Made by a program: the position numbers and the translations under genes. A stretch of DNA of 64,000 nucleotides from Chrysemys picta bellii (taxonomy: Eukaryota), in the NCBI RefSeq assembly GCF_011386835.1, contig NC_088793.1, positions 101,618,001-101,682,000 on the forward strand. Reading direction: 5' to 3'. Below, one piece after another: positions 50,801 through 61,736 of this stretch. Position 1 is the stretch's first letter. Each line of letters opens with the position of its first letter. The notes below the pieces were generated by a model, which had not been told where the DNA came from, ran no database searches, and was given only the letters and a program-made list of their open reading frames with translations.

Positions 50801-51407
50801 GGGTTTTTCAAAGGAGCTTAAGGGTGTTAAACGTCCATCTCACTCTGAAATTCAATGTTCTTATTCATTAAATGAAGATAATAATATCCATTCCATATAG
50901 GTGTTGGGGGACATAATTCATTAGTATAAGTAAAGAACCCATAAGCTGATAGTAATGTATAAGTATAAAATATTAATATTTATATTGTTCATTTGGTAAA
51001 TAATGATCCATACAGGTTTTAAAAGACTGGAAAATCATTTCTGTTTTTCTTTATTGTTAGTACTTCCTAACACATAGAGATGAATTTCACTGAAAAACTA
51101 ATTTTTGATCTTTCTTTTTTTACCATTTTTTATCATTTTATCTTCTCAGTTCCACAATTACAACCAATGGACATTGCTCTATTATTGTTTCCTACCATAA
51201 GCTAGTATTAAATTAACAGTATCTGTAAATAAATTGTCTTGATATTACATGATAAACCAGTTTTTCACAATGATAACTAGCTGTACAAAGTATAAAATCA
51301 AGATGAAATATTTCATCCAGAAAAAAAAATACACAGCCAGATTTTATGAAAAGGGGAATGACTGTGAAGTGTGAGGTGAGTAGCTCTGTGCAGGATTGGA
51401 TAGGTTT

Positions 51408-52433
51408 TCAGTTTGGAAATAAATTCATTGTTGAACAATCAAGTCGGAGCATTTTACAGCTCACAATCACTTTCATTGCTTTACGAAACCAAGGATAAAA
51501 GACAGAGTAAATCAAAGGATTAATGGCAGAGTTGGAATAAGTGAACCAAACCACAATGTCAAAGACAAGGGGTGGTGTTATGAAGTTAAAAAAAGCATCA
51601 GTTATTACAGTTATAGAATAAGGTGACCAGAATACCACAAAAGCAATCACAGCAATACCAATGGTTTTAGCAGCTTTCCTTTCTCTTTTGCTAACTCTGT
51701 CACTGTAAGTGTCAGACGACTGGGTGTTGTTGCTCATCATCTCTATCATTCTAGCTTGTCGTTTAGCCACAGCAAAGATCTTGCTGTAAAGTGCTATTGT
51801 TGTAAAAAAAGGTATTAGATAAAGGAGGGAGGTTACAGCCACCCATGTTTTGTTGAAGAGAATCTGACAGCTCCCTACACAGGAGAGGGCATTTACTAAT
51901 TCTTGTATCCCTTTGTCATTAGCCCCAGTGAAGACAACAGAAAAACTGAATACTAATGAAAATATCCAGGCAACAGCTATGAACATGCCTGAAACTGGCA
52001 CTGTGAACTTGAGAGGGTAAATTAAAGGATCAGTAACAGCAACATAGCGATCAACAGAGATGAAACATAAGTGAAATATTGATGAATAACAAAAAGATAC
52101 TTCTAAAGAACTATGGAATCTACAGAATGTTTCCCCAAAATACCAGCATGTTTCGACAGATCTTATACTGCTGAAGGGCAGCACAGTCAGACCCAAACAA
52201 AAATCAGCACATGCCAAGGAGGCGAGCAAGATATTTGTAGGAGAGTGAAGCTGTTTGAAATAAGCAATTGAAATCATTACCATTAGGTTTCCACCTAGTG
52301 TAAGAATTGTCAGAAAACCAAGCACAACATACAAAGTTATCCGGATTCCAGAAGACCACGATGTTTTATGGCAAGATCCATTAATATTCTCAAAGCAATA
52401 TTGTGCTTCTTCATTCTGAAGCACTGAAGTCAT
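51408..52433 (-). CDS. TAAR: Trace amine-associated receptor, 341 aa, copy 4
   Basis: DRY, NSAINPLIYSVFYPWF; Glu3.32; intact ORF. Confidence 0.95.
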   Translation of the reverse strand: MTSVLQNEEAQYCFENINGSCHKTSWSSGIRITLYVVLGFLTILTLGGNLMVMISIAYFKQLHSPTNILLASLACADFCLGLTVLPFSSIRSVETCWYFGETFCRFHSSLEVSFCYSSIFHLCFISVDRYVAVTDPLIYPLKFTVPVSGMFIAVAWIFSLVFSFSVVFTGANDKGIQELVNALSCVGSCQILFNKTWVAVTSLLYLIPFFTTIALYSKIFAVAKRQARMIEMMSNNTQSSDTYSDRVSKRERKAAKTIGIAVIAFVVFWSPYSITVITDAFFNFITPPLVFDIVVWFTYSNSAINPLIYSVFYPWFRKAMKVIVSCKMLRLDCSTMNLFPN

Positions 52434-52590
52434 GTTGTGCTTTTGTTGTTAGCTATTCTGAATTTTTTAGTGTTTGCATTTGTATACCATTGGTGATGAT
52501 GTGGCACTGGTAGGTCAAGCTCTTCAGTTTTTAAATCTTTCTGAAAAAGAGAATTAAAGTCGACATGAGTGAGAGTACAATAATTCCAAA

Positions 52591-52696
52591 AAACAACAAG
52601 GAGTCCGGTGGCACCTTAAAGTCTAGTCTTTAGTCTTTAAGGTGCTACCGGACTCCTTGTTGTTTTTGTGGATACAGACTAACACGGCTACCACCT
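52591..52696. mobile_element. Penelope-like terminal palindrome (short)
   Basis: AACAACAAGGAGTCCGGTGGCACCTTAAAG / CTTTAAGGTGCTACCGGACTCCTTGTTGTT plus GATACAGACTAACACGGCTAC tail; 12-bp TSD AATAATTCCAAA. Confidence 0.7.
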
Positions 52697-53070
52697 AATA
52701 ATTCCAAAGAGTTGTATTATGTCCACCAGTATACCACAAATGTGTAGGTAACTAGGAAGTAAATAATAGAACATAGCAAAATATCTGTTGTAACTACCGC
52801 TTTCAATGGCGTTTTGAAATAGGTAAATAAGTAGCAAAGAATACTTTATTATTGAAAATATTCTCCTCTGCTATAATATAGAATTTATTTTTTACCTATT
52901 CATATTTATTTATTTAAATTTCCTCGATGCCTGATCTTTCTATTTAAGTCAATTGCAAAACTCCCATTGACTTCACTGTGGTTGGATGGATTCTTAATTC
53001 CTTACCTTTTGAGAAGCTTTTCTTCAGATATAGCCCTAGATTAAAATGTGAATAGAAGGCAGGAAGAGAC

Positions 53071-53154
53071 GCATCCGAAGAAGTGAGGTTTTAACTCACG
53101 AAAGCTTATGCCCAAATAAATCTGTTAGTCTTTAAGGTGCCACCAGACTCCTTG
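53071..53154 (+). mobile_element. Penelope-like 3' fragment carrying a hammerhead-like motif
   Basis: GCAT-CCGAAGA-A-GTGAG/CTCAC-GAAA-GCTT-ATGC followed by GTTAGTCTTTAAGGTGCCACC; absent from the other units. Confidence 0.65.
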
Positions 53155-53173
53155 ATGTTTCAGTAGTGCTTTA

Positions 53174-53203
53174 TCCTCTGAGTTGTCTTAGCAAAGTTAA
53201 TGA
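53174..53203 (-). promoter_or_regulatory. Candidate TAAR promoter composite
   Basis: TCCTCTGAG-N15-TAATGA. Confidence 0.5.
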
Positions 53204-54206
53204 CACAGTACACGCACACTGTCCTCTCAAAAATGAGGGGTGGGGTGAGTGGAAAAACAGAAAACACAAGGGAAAGTTAGTTATCATCCCATAAAGTGAA
53301 ATCCCTCTGGTAAAAGGTGTAAATACTGACAGATATTTAGAGTCTGAAAAAACATCATTAAACAATCTACTTTGATTTATCACAAGACAGTCGTTTAACT
53401 AAGTATATACTGTCATGCATATGTTTGAATTAAGTCTCGTTATAAGATCCTTCCTTTATTTTTTTGAAAGCAAATTTAACTGGCTCCCCCAACAACCAGG
53501 TGTTATCTCAGTATTATTACAGAATTGCTTTGTCAGGAATACTGACTGAGGAAACTGAGGTCATAGATAATGGTACGTGTGTTAAAGAAAATCAATCCCA
53601 CCTTTATTAATCTTGCAGTGGGGTATTTCTCTCTCTCTCTTTCTCTCTCTCATTTTTCTACACTCTGGGCCAAACTCATTCCAGTGCTAAGACTGGAGGA
53701 ACCATTGAAGCAGCTTGTGTCATCCCGATGTGTCTGTTGTGCTCCAGTGCAGCTCCCAGTGCAAACTAGGGCAGCCCTAAATTGCACTCTAGCGCCTATG
53801 GCTTCTATGGGTCTTCTGGCTTTGGAATAGCCAGGGTGCAGAACTACCCTAACTACACTGGCCATGGTGCCAATATATCCCCTCCCTCCTCTGGCCTACC
53901 CCCAGCCTGCCCCAGAAATTCCCCTGCCCCATGGGTTTCTGCATGTGAAAAGTTGGTGGCGCAAGCTCTGAACATGGCAGGGTTCGTCTGCCCGGAGGCC
54001 ATTTGCTGGGGGACTGTGCATCTGCTGGGCTGGTGAGGGCAAGGGAGCTGTGGGCCATATATGATTTAGGTCCTTTCTTCCTCAAAGAGTTTGAGTAGGT
54101 ATAGACGTATGGTTGAGATGGCACTTCCATTCCAAACCTATATTTTCCATGGTTTATATATTCCTCAGAAATGCAGGTCGATCCTTTAGTGGTGTTCAGA
54201 CCCTTA

Positions 54207-54424
54207 GGCTTAGTCTATATTACGAACTTATGTTGGTATAATTCTATCGCTCCAGGGTATGAAAAATCCACATCCCTGGTTGCCACAGTTAATGCGATCT
54301 CTCCCCCACTGTGGGCAGCAGTAGGTCGATGGGTAGGTGGATTACTTATGCTGACGGCATAGGTAGCATCTTCTTTGAAGCGCTACAGTGGCACCACTGT
54401 AGCAGTTTATGTGTAGACAAGCCC
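54207..54424. mobile_element. Harbinger-type MITE; complete here, truncated in units 1-3
   Basis: TIR GGCTTAGTCTATA / TGTAGACAAGCCC; TTA/ATA flanks. Confidence 0.6.
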
Positions 54425-54517
54425 ATAGAGACCCTTATTCAGGTGGCATAAGTTAAAGCAGCTGAGGGCGCAGGATTGGCACAGGCTCAGAAAGCCAGAA
54501 CCATCTCCCTGAGAACA

Positions 54518-56342
54518 TGTAATGATTTGGGGAATTGTCTGTACTGTCACCAGGGCAACTGCAACCCATATCCCACCTCTGTGGTTCCTCAAGGGCACCC
54601 ACTCTAGGCTCCCAGCATCTCAGCCATCACCTAGCTTGGGAAGAGACTTGCATCTTTCGTCCTCCTGACCAGGGTTTTTCCAGGCTGCACATTTCCCTGC
54701 TTACACTATGATATCCCCAGCAAGCCAGGCTGCCTAGATAGGCCAGCATCTGTGCTTTGCTGTCTCTCTGAAGGCTCTGAACATCTGTAATTGCCAGCTG
54801 TTACAAGTTACCACACAGGTATTTATAAACAAGCACTTTAGTCTTAAGGTGAAAGTATTACCGAGAAAACATATTAAAAACAATGAAAGTTTACCAGAAG
54901 TAATGCATGTTAAAAAGCTTCCTAGAGGACACTCCAACTCCATCCTTGGGATCAGTCCTTCAAAACTCACAATTAGGGTTTTCCCTGTGCCTACTAGTTC
55001 ATAACTGTCTCAGATTCAGAACCAGAACAACCATGAATAGTTTAGTCTTTCCTTTATATAGCTTTGGTCTTTGAGCTTGGCCTTATGTGATCAACAGACA
55101 ATGGCTCACTCCTCAGGACATAGCTTCAAAAGGCTGGATTGTTGCATAACCAGAGGTTGGGAATTTGCATACACCTCTTCTTTATATCCCAGGAAGTTCA
55201 TTTCACACATATTATCCCCAAAGTCCATTTTTGTCATGCACATTGTCCAATATAGTTTCTTGAGCATTCGGGCCTTACATCACATCTCCCAACTAGAGAG
55301 GTTACATATGATCCTGGCCCAAAATTATACCTAAACCATTATTTAACAAAATGGATCCCCAAGATACTTAAACTTAATTCAGTAAAGGTTTTCAAGGATT
55401 TTGCAGGATATTGCTGTATCTTTAACATGTGTGAGATTATCAGATCTCTGTATGTATCCTTAGCACGCTGCAAAATGCATTTTGAAGGTGCAGCCTTATT
55501 TGTTCTTTGTTGTACTTTCACCTTCGTGTGTTGGACTGAAATTGCAACAAGTTTAGTGGCAAAGGCCTAATAATAGAGGGTCACTAAATATTCAAAAAGA
55601 AAACACCCTAGACAAAAGACTGGCTTCTACCCTGGAGAATTGGTTTGTCAGGGGAGAAGTTGCCTGATAACAAAGTTACTTAGTATAACCCTAAGGTCAT
55701 CTGTTAAGGCTGACCAGGGAGTCACAAGTTTGAGGGACTGGAAGGTTATAAAAGGGCAGAAGCTGCTCTGTTTTGGATTTGTTGGCCATTTTCACAAGCT
55801 CAGGATGAGGAAAACTACTGCAAGAGCCTGCGGGGGTGGGAGGGTGGGGGAGTGAACTCTATCTACCTGAATACTGGTCCCCTAAGGACTTCCAAAGGAA
55901 GGGTGAGCTAGAATGAGGAGCATTGTGTTCAGGATGTTTGTTGTTTTCTATATGATCTGTAATTTGTATTTTCTGTGCTTAAATAAAGAGCAATAATGCA
56001 TTAGAATTCTGTGAAAGGTGTTTTTGTGTTATATGCTATACCCACCACGTGGCCCTTTGAGGAGGTAACCCATAAGGCTTACACTTATGAGTGGAGTTCT
56101 GAGAGAGGGTGTGTTTTAAGCTACAGAAGAACCTGAGGAGTCAGCACAAAGCCCAGGTGCTAGGCAGCTGGGCCATGTGGTCACAGTTCTCAGGAGGGGA
56201 TGCTAAACAGCTGCCATGGCTTCCCAAGAGTCTGCACCCCAAGAGTGTGCCTAAAGACTTCAAGACAGGGGCAATGACTGGACCCTGTTCAGAGTCTGAG
56301 GGGCTTAAAATACCTGGAGTCCAATGGCTGGGTCACCTCACA
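54518..56342. mobile_element. One or two decayed LTR-like elements
   Basis: TGT start, GTCACCTCACA end, AATAAA at ~55982; no coding motifs; internal boundaries uncertain. Confidence 0.35.
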
Positions 56343-56666
56343 GCTGGCTAAGCCACCAGTAGATGAAGCCCAATCAGATCTGTGCCCAGGCCCTCTTCTG
56401 TTCCTGTGCCCATGCTCATCATTGTTATTACTCATCTGCATATGTGTTTATAAGTTTGGGGCCTATGCTTCAGTGTTCCAGGTAGGGATAGGTTTGTCTG
56501 AAATGACTGAGACAAAACTCAGTATTTCAGAAAGTCATTCCGAAATGTTACAAGTCCAAGCCAAAATCTTATGTGCTGAGAATAAACATTGTTAAAGAAA
56601 AAATGGTCTTGAGTTAGCATCTGTACCTACTCATGACACCACTGCTTGAGTTTCCTTTACATTAGT

Positions 56667-58690
56667 AAACAACATAAGAATGGCCATACTGGGTCAGACC
56701 AATGGTCTATCTAGCCCAGTATCCTGTCTTCTGACAGTAGCTGATGCCAGATGCTTCAGAGGGAATGATCAGAACAGGCCACTTATTGTGTGATCCATCC
56801 TCTGTTCTCCAGTCCCAGCTTCTGGCAGTCAAAGACTCAAGGACACCCAAAGTATTGGGTTGCATCCCTGACCATCTTGGCTAATAGCCATTGATGGACC
56901 TATCCTCCATGAACTTATTTAGTTCTTTTTTGAACATAGTCATACTTTTGGCCTTTACAACATTCTCTGAGAAGAAGTTCCACAGATTGACTATGTGTTG
57001 TGTGAAGAAGTACTTCTTTTTGTTTGTTTTAAACCAGCTGCCTATTAATTTCATCAGGCAATCCCTGGTTATTATGTTATATGAAGGAATAAATAACATG
57101 TTCCTATTCACTTTTTCCACGCTAGTCATGATTTTAAAGACTTCTATCATATCCCCCTTTAGTTGTCTCCTTTCTAAACTGAATGGTCCCACTCTTTTCA
57201 ATCACTCCTCATAAGGAAGCTATTCCATACCCCTAATCATTTTTGTTGCCCTTCGCTGTACATTTTCCAATTCTAATATAACTTTTTTTAGATGGGGGTG
57301 ACTAGAACTGCACACATTATTGAAGATGTGGGTGTACCATGGATTTATATAGTGCCATTATGATATTTTCTCTTATTATCTATCCCTTTCCTAATGGTTC
57401 CTAGCATTCTGTTAGCTTTTTTGACTGCTGCTGCACATTGAGCAGATGTTCTCAGAGAACTATCCAGGATGACTCCAAGATCTCTTTCTTGACTGGGGAC
57501 AGTCATATAGACCCATCATTTTACATGTACTGTTGGGATTGCTTCCCAATGTGCATTTAGCAACACTGAATTTCATCTGCCATTTTCTTGTTCAGTTACC
57601 CAGTTCTGTGAGATTTCTTTGTATCTCTTCACAGTCAGCTTTGGACTTAACTACCTTGAGTAATTTTGTATGTCTGCAAACTTTGCCACCTCACTGTTTA
57701 TCTCTTTTTCCAGATAATTTATGAATATGGTGAACACCACTGGTTCCAGTACAGATCTTTGGGGGACCCCATTACTTACCTCTGTCCATTGTGAAAACTG
57801 ACCATTTATTCTTACCATTTGTTTCCTGTCTTTTAACCATTTACTGATACAAGAGAGGGCCTGCCCTTTTATCCCATGAATGCTTATTTTGCTTAAGAGC
57901 CTCTAGTGTGTGACCTTGTCAAAGGCTTTCTGAACGTCCAAGTACACTATATTCAATGGATCAATTTGTCCACATTTGCTGACTCCCTCAAAGAATTCTA
58001 ATAGATTGGTGAGGTATGATTTCCCTTTACAAAAGCCATGTTGCCTCTTTCCCAGAAAATTGAGGTCATCTATGTGTCTTATAATTCTGTTGTTTATTAT
58101 AGTTTCAACCAATTTTCCTGGTACTGAAGTTAGGCTTACAGGCCTGTAATTGCCAGGATTGCCTCTGCCGCCTTTTTAAAAAATTGGCATCACATTAGCT
58201 ATCCTCCAGTTACCTGGTACAGACGCTGATTTAAATGGTAGGTTACATGCTACAATTAGTAGCTTTGCAATTTCATATTTGAGTTCCTTCAGAATTCTTG
58301 GGTGAATACCTTCTGGTCCTGGCAACTTATTGCTGTTTAATGTATCAATTTGTTCCAAAACATTTTCTACTGACACCTCAATCTGAGAGAATTCCTCAAA
58401 TTTGTCACCTAAAAAGAATGGCTCAGGTGTGGGAATCTCCCTCACATCCTCCACAGTGAAAACTGATGGAAAGAATTCAAGTAGCTTCTCCACAATGGCC
58501 TTGTGTTCCTTGAGTTCTCCTTTAGCACCTCGATCATCCAGTGGCCCCACTGATTGTTTGGAAGGCTTCCTGCTTCTGATGTACTTAAGAAAAATTGCAG
58601 TTAGTTTGTGTCTTTTGCTAGTTACTCTTCAAATTCTTTTTGGCCTGACTAATTATAATTTTACACCTGACTTGCTAGAGTTTACGCTCC
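56667..58690 (-). mobile_element. Old CR1 LINE, ~2 kb, frameshifted
   Basis: AACATAAGAA tail; KGKSYLTNLLEFF, YLDVQKAFDKV, PGPEGIHPRILKEL, KKYFFTQHIVNLWN motifs. Confidence 0.9.
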
Positions 58691-61308
58691 TTTCTCTTTT
58701 CCTCAGTATAACAGTATTGAAATTCATATTGTTTGTCTACTCTGACAAAATCCATGAGCAAATTGTTACAAAAAAGATAAAAACTGAGACTAGTAATTGG
58801 AATACCAAAAACTTATCTGAGGCAGTTAAGGAAGCATTGTCATTCACATAGGAACTAGTGTATTTTAGTCACATTTTATACATAATCTTGGTTTGTGAAG
58901 TTTGTTCATTTGGATCAGGAAATGTGATCTCATATATATATATATTTTTGACGACGGAGGAACAAAAAAAAAAGAGAGTAATTTCTTCTGAGCAGGTTAA
59001 ATAACCATCTGTACAGAAGGCTAGCATATAAGGCCCATGTACTATTTAAGGTCCACTTTATACCCTATTTTGAGAACATAAGTGGTTCCTAGGCCTTTTG
59101 CTGTCCTATACACATTTTGCTCAGATTGGGAGAAAGGCGTAAACCCGTAAAGTATAGTGTTTGGCATAAATGCTGCCTATATGGTAGATAAATTATACTG
59201 ATAATGTGCACAAAACCCTACTTATCTATCTTTGAATACTCCAGCCTGTATTCTATTTGGCATACCTGTGGCCTGAGTTTGTAGAGACCTTAGCATTTTA
59301 TAGCACTTCATTTATTCAGACCAGAGCTCTCATTGAAGACAACCACTGCTGTGAGTTATCAGCACTAGTGAAAATCAGACTTGAGTCTCTCAAGTTGGGC
59401 ACCCAGAAAAGGAGGACCACACAGTTAGTGTGAAAAGTTTGGTTTAAGTGATTTGCCCAATGTCACATAGGAACTCTGTAAGTAGAGGCAGGAATAGAAT
59501 CTACTTCTCTAGTCAGGTACCTTCCTTCCCACTTCTCCTTGTTGCTGTCTAGGCACCAGCATGGGGACCATTGAGAATACATGAAAGGAAGTTTCCCTGC
59601 TCTCAGTTCCTGTGTCTTGTGCCACAGCTGCCAGTGGCAGCTGTGAGGAACAATTTCTGGGGAAGTGCTTCTGAGCCCTTGCCGCACTTAGCTTGAGCAT
59701 GCTCGATCATTCTTTGAGAATGTCACAAGTGAAGTCTGGTCAGCAAATAGCCCACTGCAGATGGAATCTTCAGAAGTTAACTGCCAAACTAACAAGTCTC
59801 AACTGAATATGTGTGAACTGAGATTTTCAAAGGCTTGTAACTTGGCCAAATTTGGGTGGATTTTCATGGAGATTTTCATGGCAAAAGGACATCACCCCAC
59901 CCACTGCCAGATTTCAAGTTCCTGCTTAAAACATGAAAATGCTAGAATTTCTCAATGAAACAGTTAACAATTTTTTTAACATGGATGAAACAACATATTT
60001 TCCCCTAATTTACTTCTGAAAAACAGCAGAACCATTTTTGCTGAAATTTTCCAATCAATCAATTAATCAATCAATCAATTTAAGCTGGAAGCATGGAAAA
60101 TTTCAGCCCAAACTGTTATTTTAGCAAAATTATGAGCAACTGTAGAGGGGTCTTATAATAGGAAGCATCAGGCAATGTTAACACAGATGTAACTACCTGC
60201 ACCACCTATAATAAAGTAAATTACACTTAGAATATACCCTGATTTTGCATCCTGATTTCTTATCGGCTGGGAAGCTCATTGGCAAAGAGTTGCTGATGGT
60301 GTTGGAAGAATGGGCTGCAATATTGTGTTGATATGTTAACAATAAAAAACTTCATTTGAACATTGTAACACATGCCTGAAAAAAATCCAGGCTCTTGAGT
60401 GTAACCTGATATTTTGACTATAGTGCCTTCCAGAACAAGCTGTATTCTTTAATGTTTATTGTGTGGCTGGAGCAAGAGAAACTTGATTACAGGAAAGCTA
60501 AAGAATCTCCTTGCTCTGGTAACAGTGAAAATAAATGTATAATGATTCAGATAGATCAGATGCCACCTAATTACTCACATATCTGGAGAGACAGAAGTAA
60601 CAGGGTCTGGTTACCAATAATTACTGGTAATGACACATATGAGAATTTAAGGGCCTGATTCTTCACATTGTCACACCAATTTTATGCAATGGCATTACAC
60701 TGCTGACTGGCATAAAACTGGTGTAAGGGAGTGGAAGATATAGCCCTAAATGTTACTAAAAAAGGCCATGAGAGTTTACTGGGTTTGTAGATAGTAGGAT
60801 TATTAAACTCAGTGGGGCTACTTATGTAAGAAAAGCAAAACACTACAGCAGCATAGCTCTTAGGTGTAAAGCCTATCTACATTGAGGAAAGGGGTGCTCA
60901 CATCAGGGTGGGAGAGGTGGTAGATAGGCCAATGGAAGAATTCTTCTGTCACTCTAGTGCTGTCTATATGGGGATTTAGGTCGGATTAACGACTCCGCTC
61001 GGGGTGTGGATTTTTTTACACGTCTGAGCAGCACCTTATACTGACCTAATTTTCTAGTGTAGATCAGTCCTGACTTAAATATGGGTGGAAAGGAAATTTC
61101 CTGTTTTCTGCCAGATATTCCAGAGATACTGGAAAGTGTGATAGTAAATTATTGTTTTTCTGCACAAACAATTTAACAAAACTTTTTACACCTCATTTTC
61201 AACTTATTGTTCCCACCCTCCATCACAGGGACTTCATTATTTGGAAAGATCAGTGAGTCTGATTCAGATATATTGTTTTTGCTTTGGGAAAAGAGTGAAC
61301 AGGCTTTG

Positions 61309-61355
61309 TCATTAACTCTGACACAAGAGCTCAGGGGAGAAAACACTAATATAAA
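61309..61355 (+). promoter_or_regulatory. Candidate TAAR promoter: homeodomain + EBF-like + TATA
   Basis: TCATTA-N15-CTCAGGGGA, then TATAAA at 61350. Confidence 0.5.
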
Positions 61356-61736
61356 TTGCAAGCCTTTTCTAGTATTCATACCTCAATTCAAATCAATTTA
61401 TGAAAGGGAGTTTCTCAGAAGATGAGGCATTAGCAGGCAGAAATCAAGTAAGAATGACTCCTACTATTGAATCCAAACACAATAACCACAATAATTTATT
61501 TTTTCTTATTTTAAACCACTAGGGAAAATCTGCTGCTACTGAGATCTTACATTTTTACATTTTTTTTAACTTTCTGAATTCATCATAATTTCTGTGTTAA
61601 AATAAGTTCGTGGAGTTATTCTATTAACATGCATATTTATTTTTTCCAGGAGAAGTTGCAAACAGGAGCATATTATCCCTTTCCTAGATCATAAACATCA
61701 GTTCAGGAATTCAAAAATAAGACTTTGAGGGAAATA

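Larger units (their letters stand above)
6521..54381. repeat. Tandem segmental duplication array of four TAAR units
   Basis: The same intergenic blocks recur at ~6.5k, 19.0k, 35.2k and 47.2k; gene-to-gene spacing about 16.7, 11.1 and 11.3 kb. Confidence 0.95.

Noticed and set aside
61725-61736. TTG start for TAAR copy 5
   Set aside because: The ATG at 61737 aligns with the starts of the paralogues
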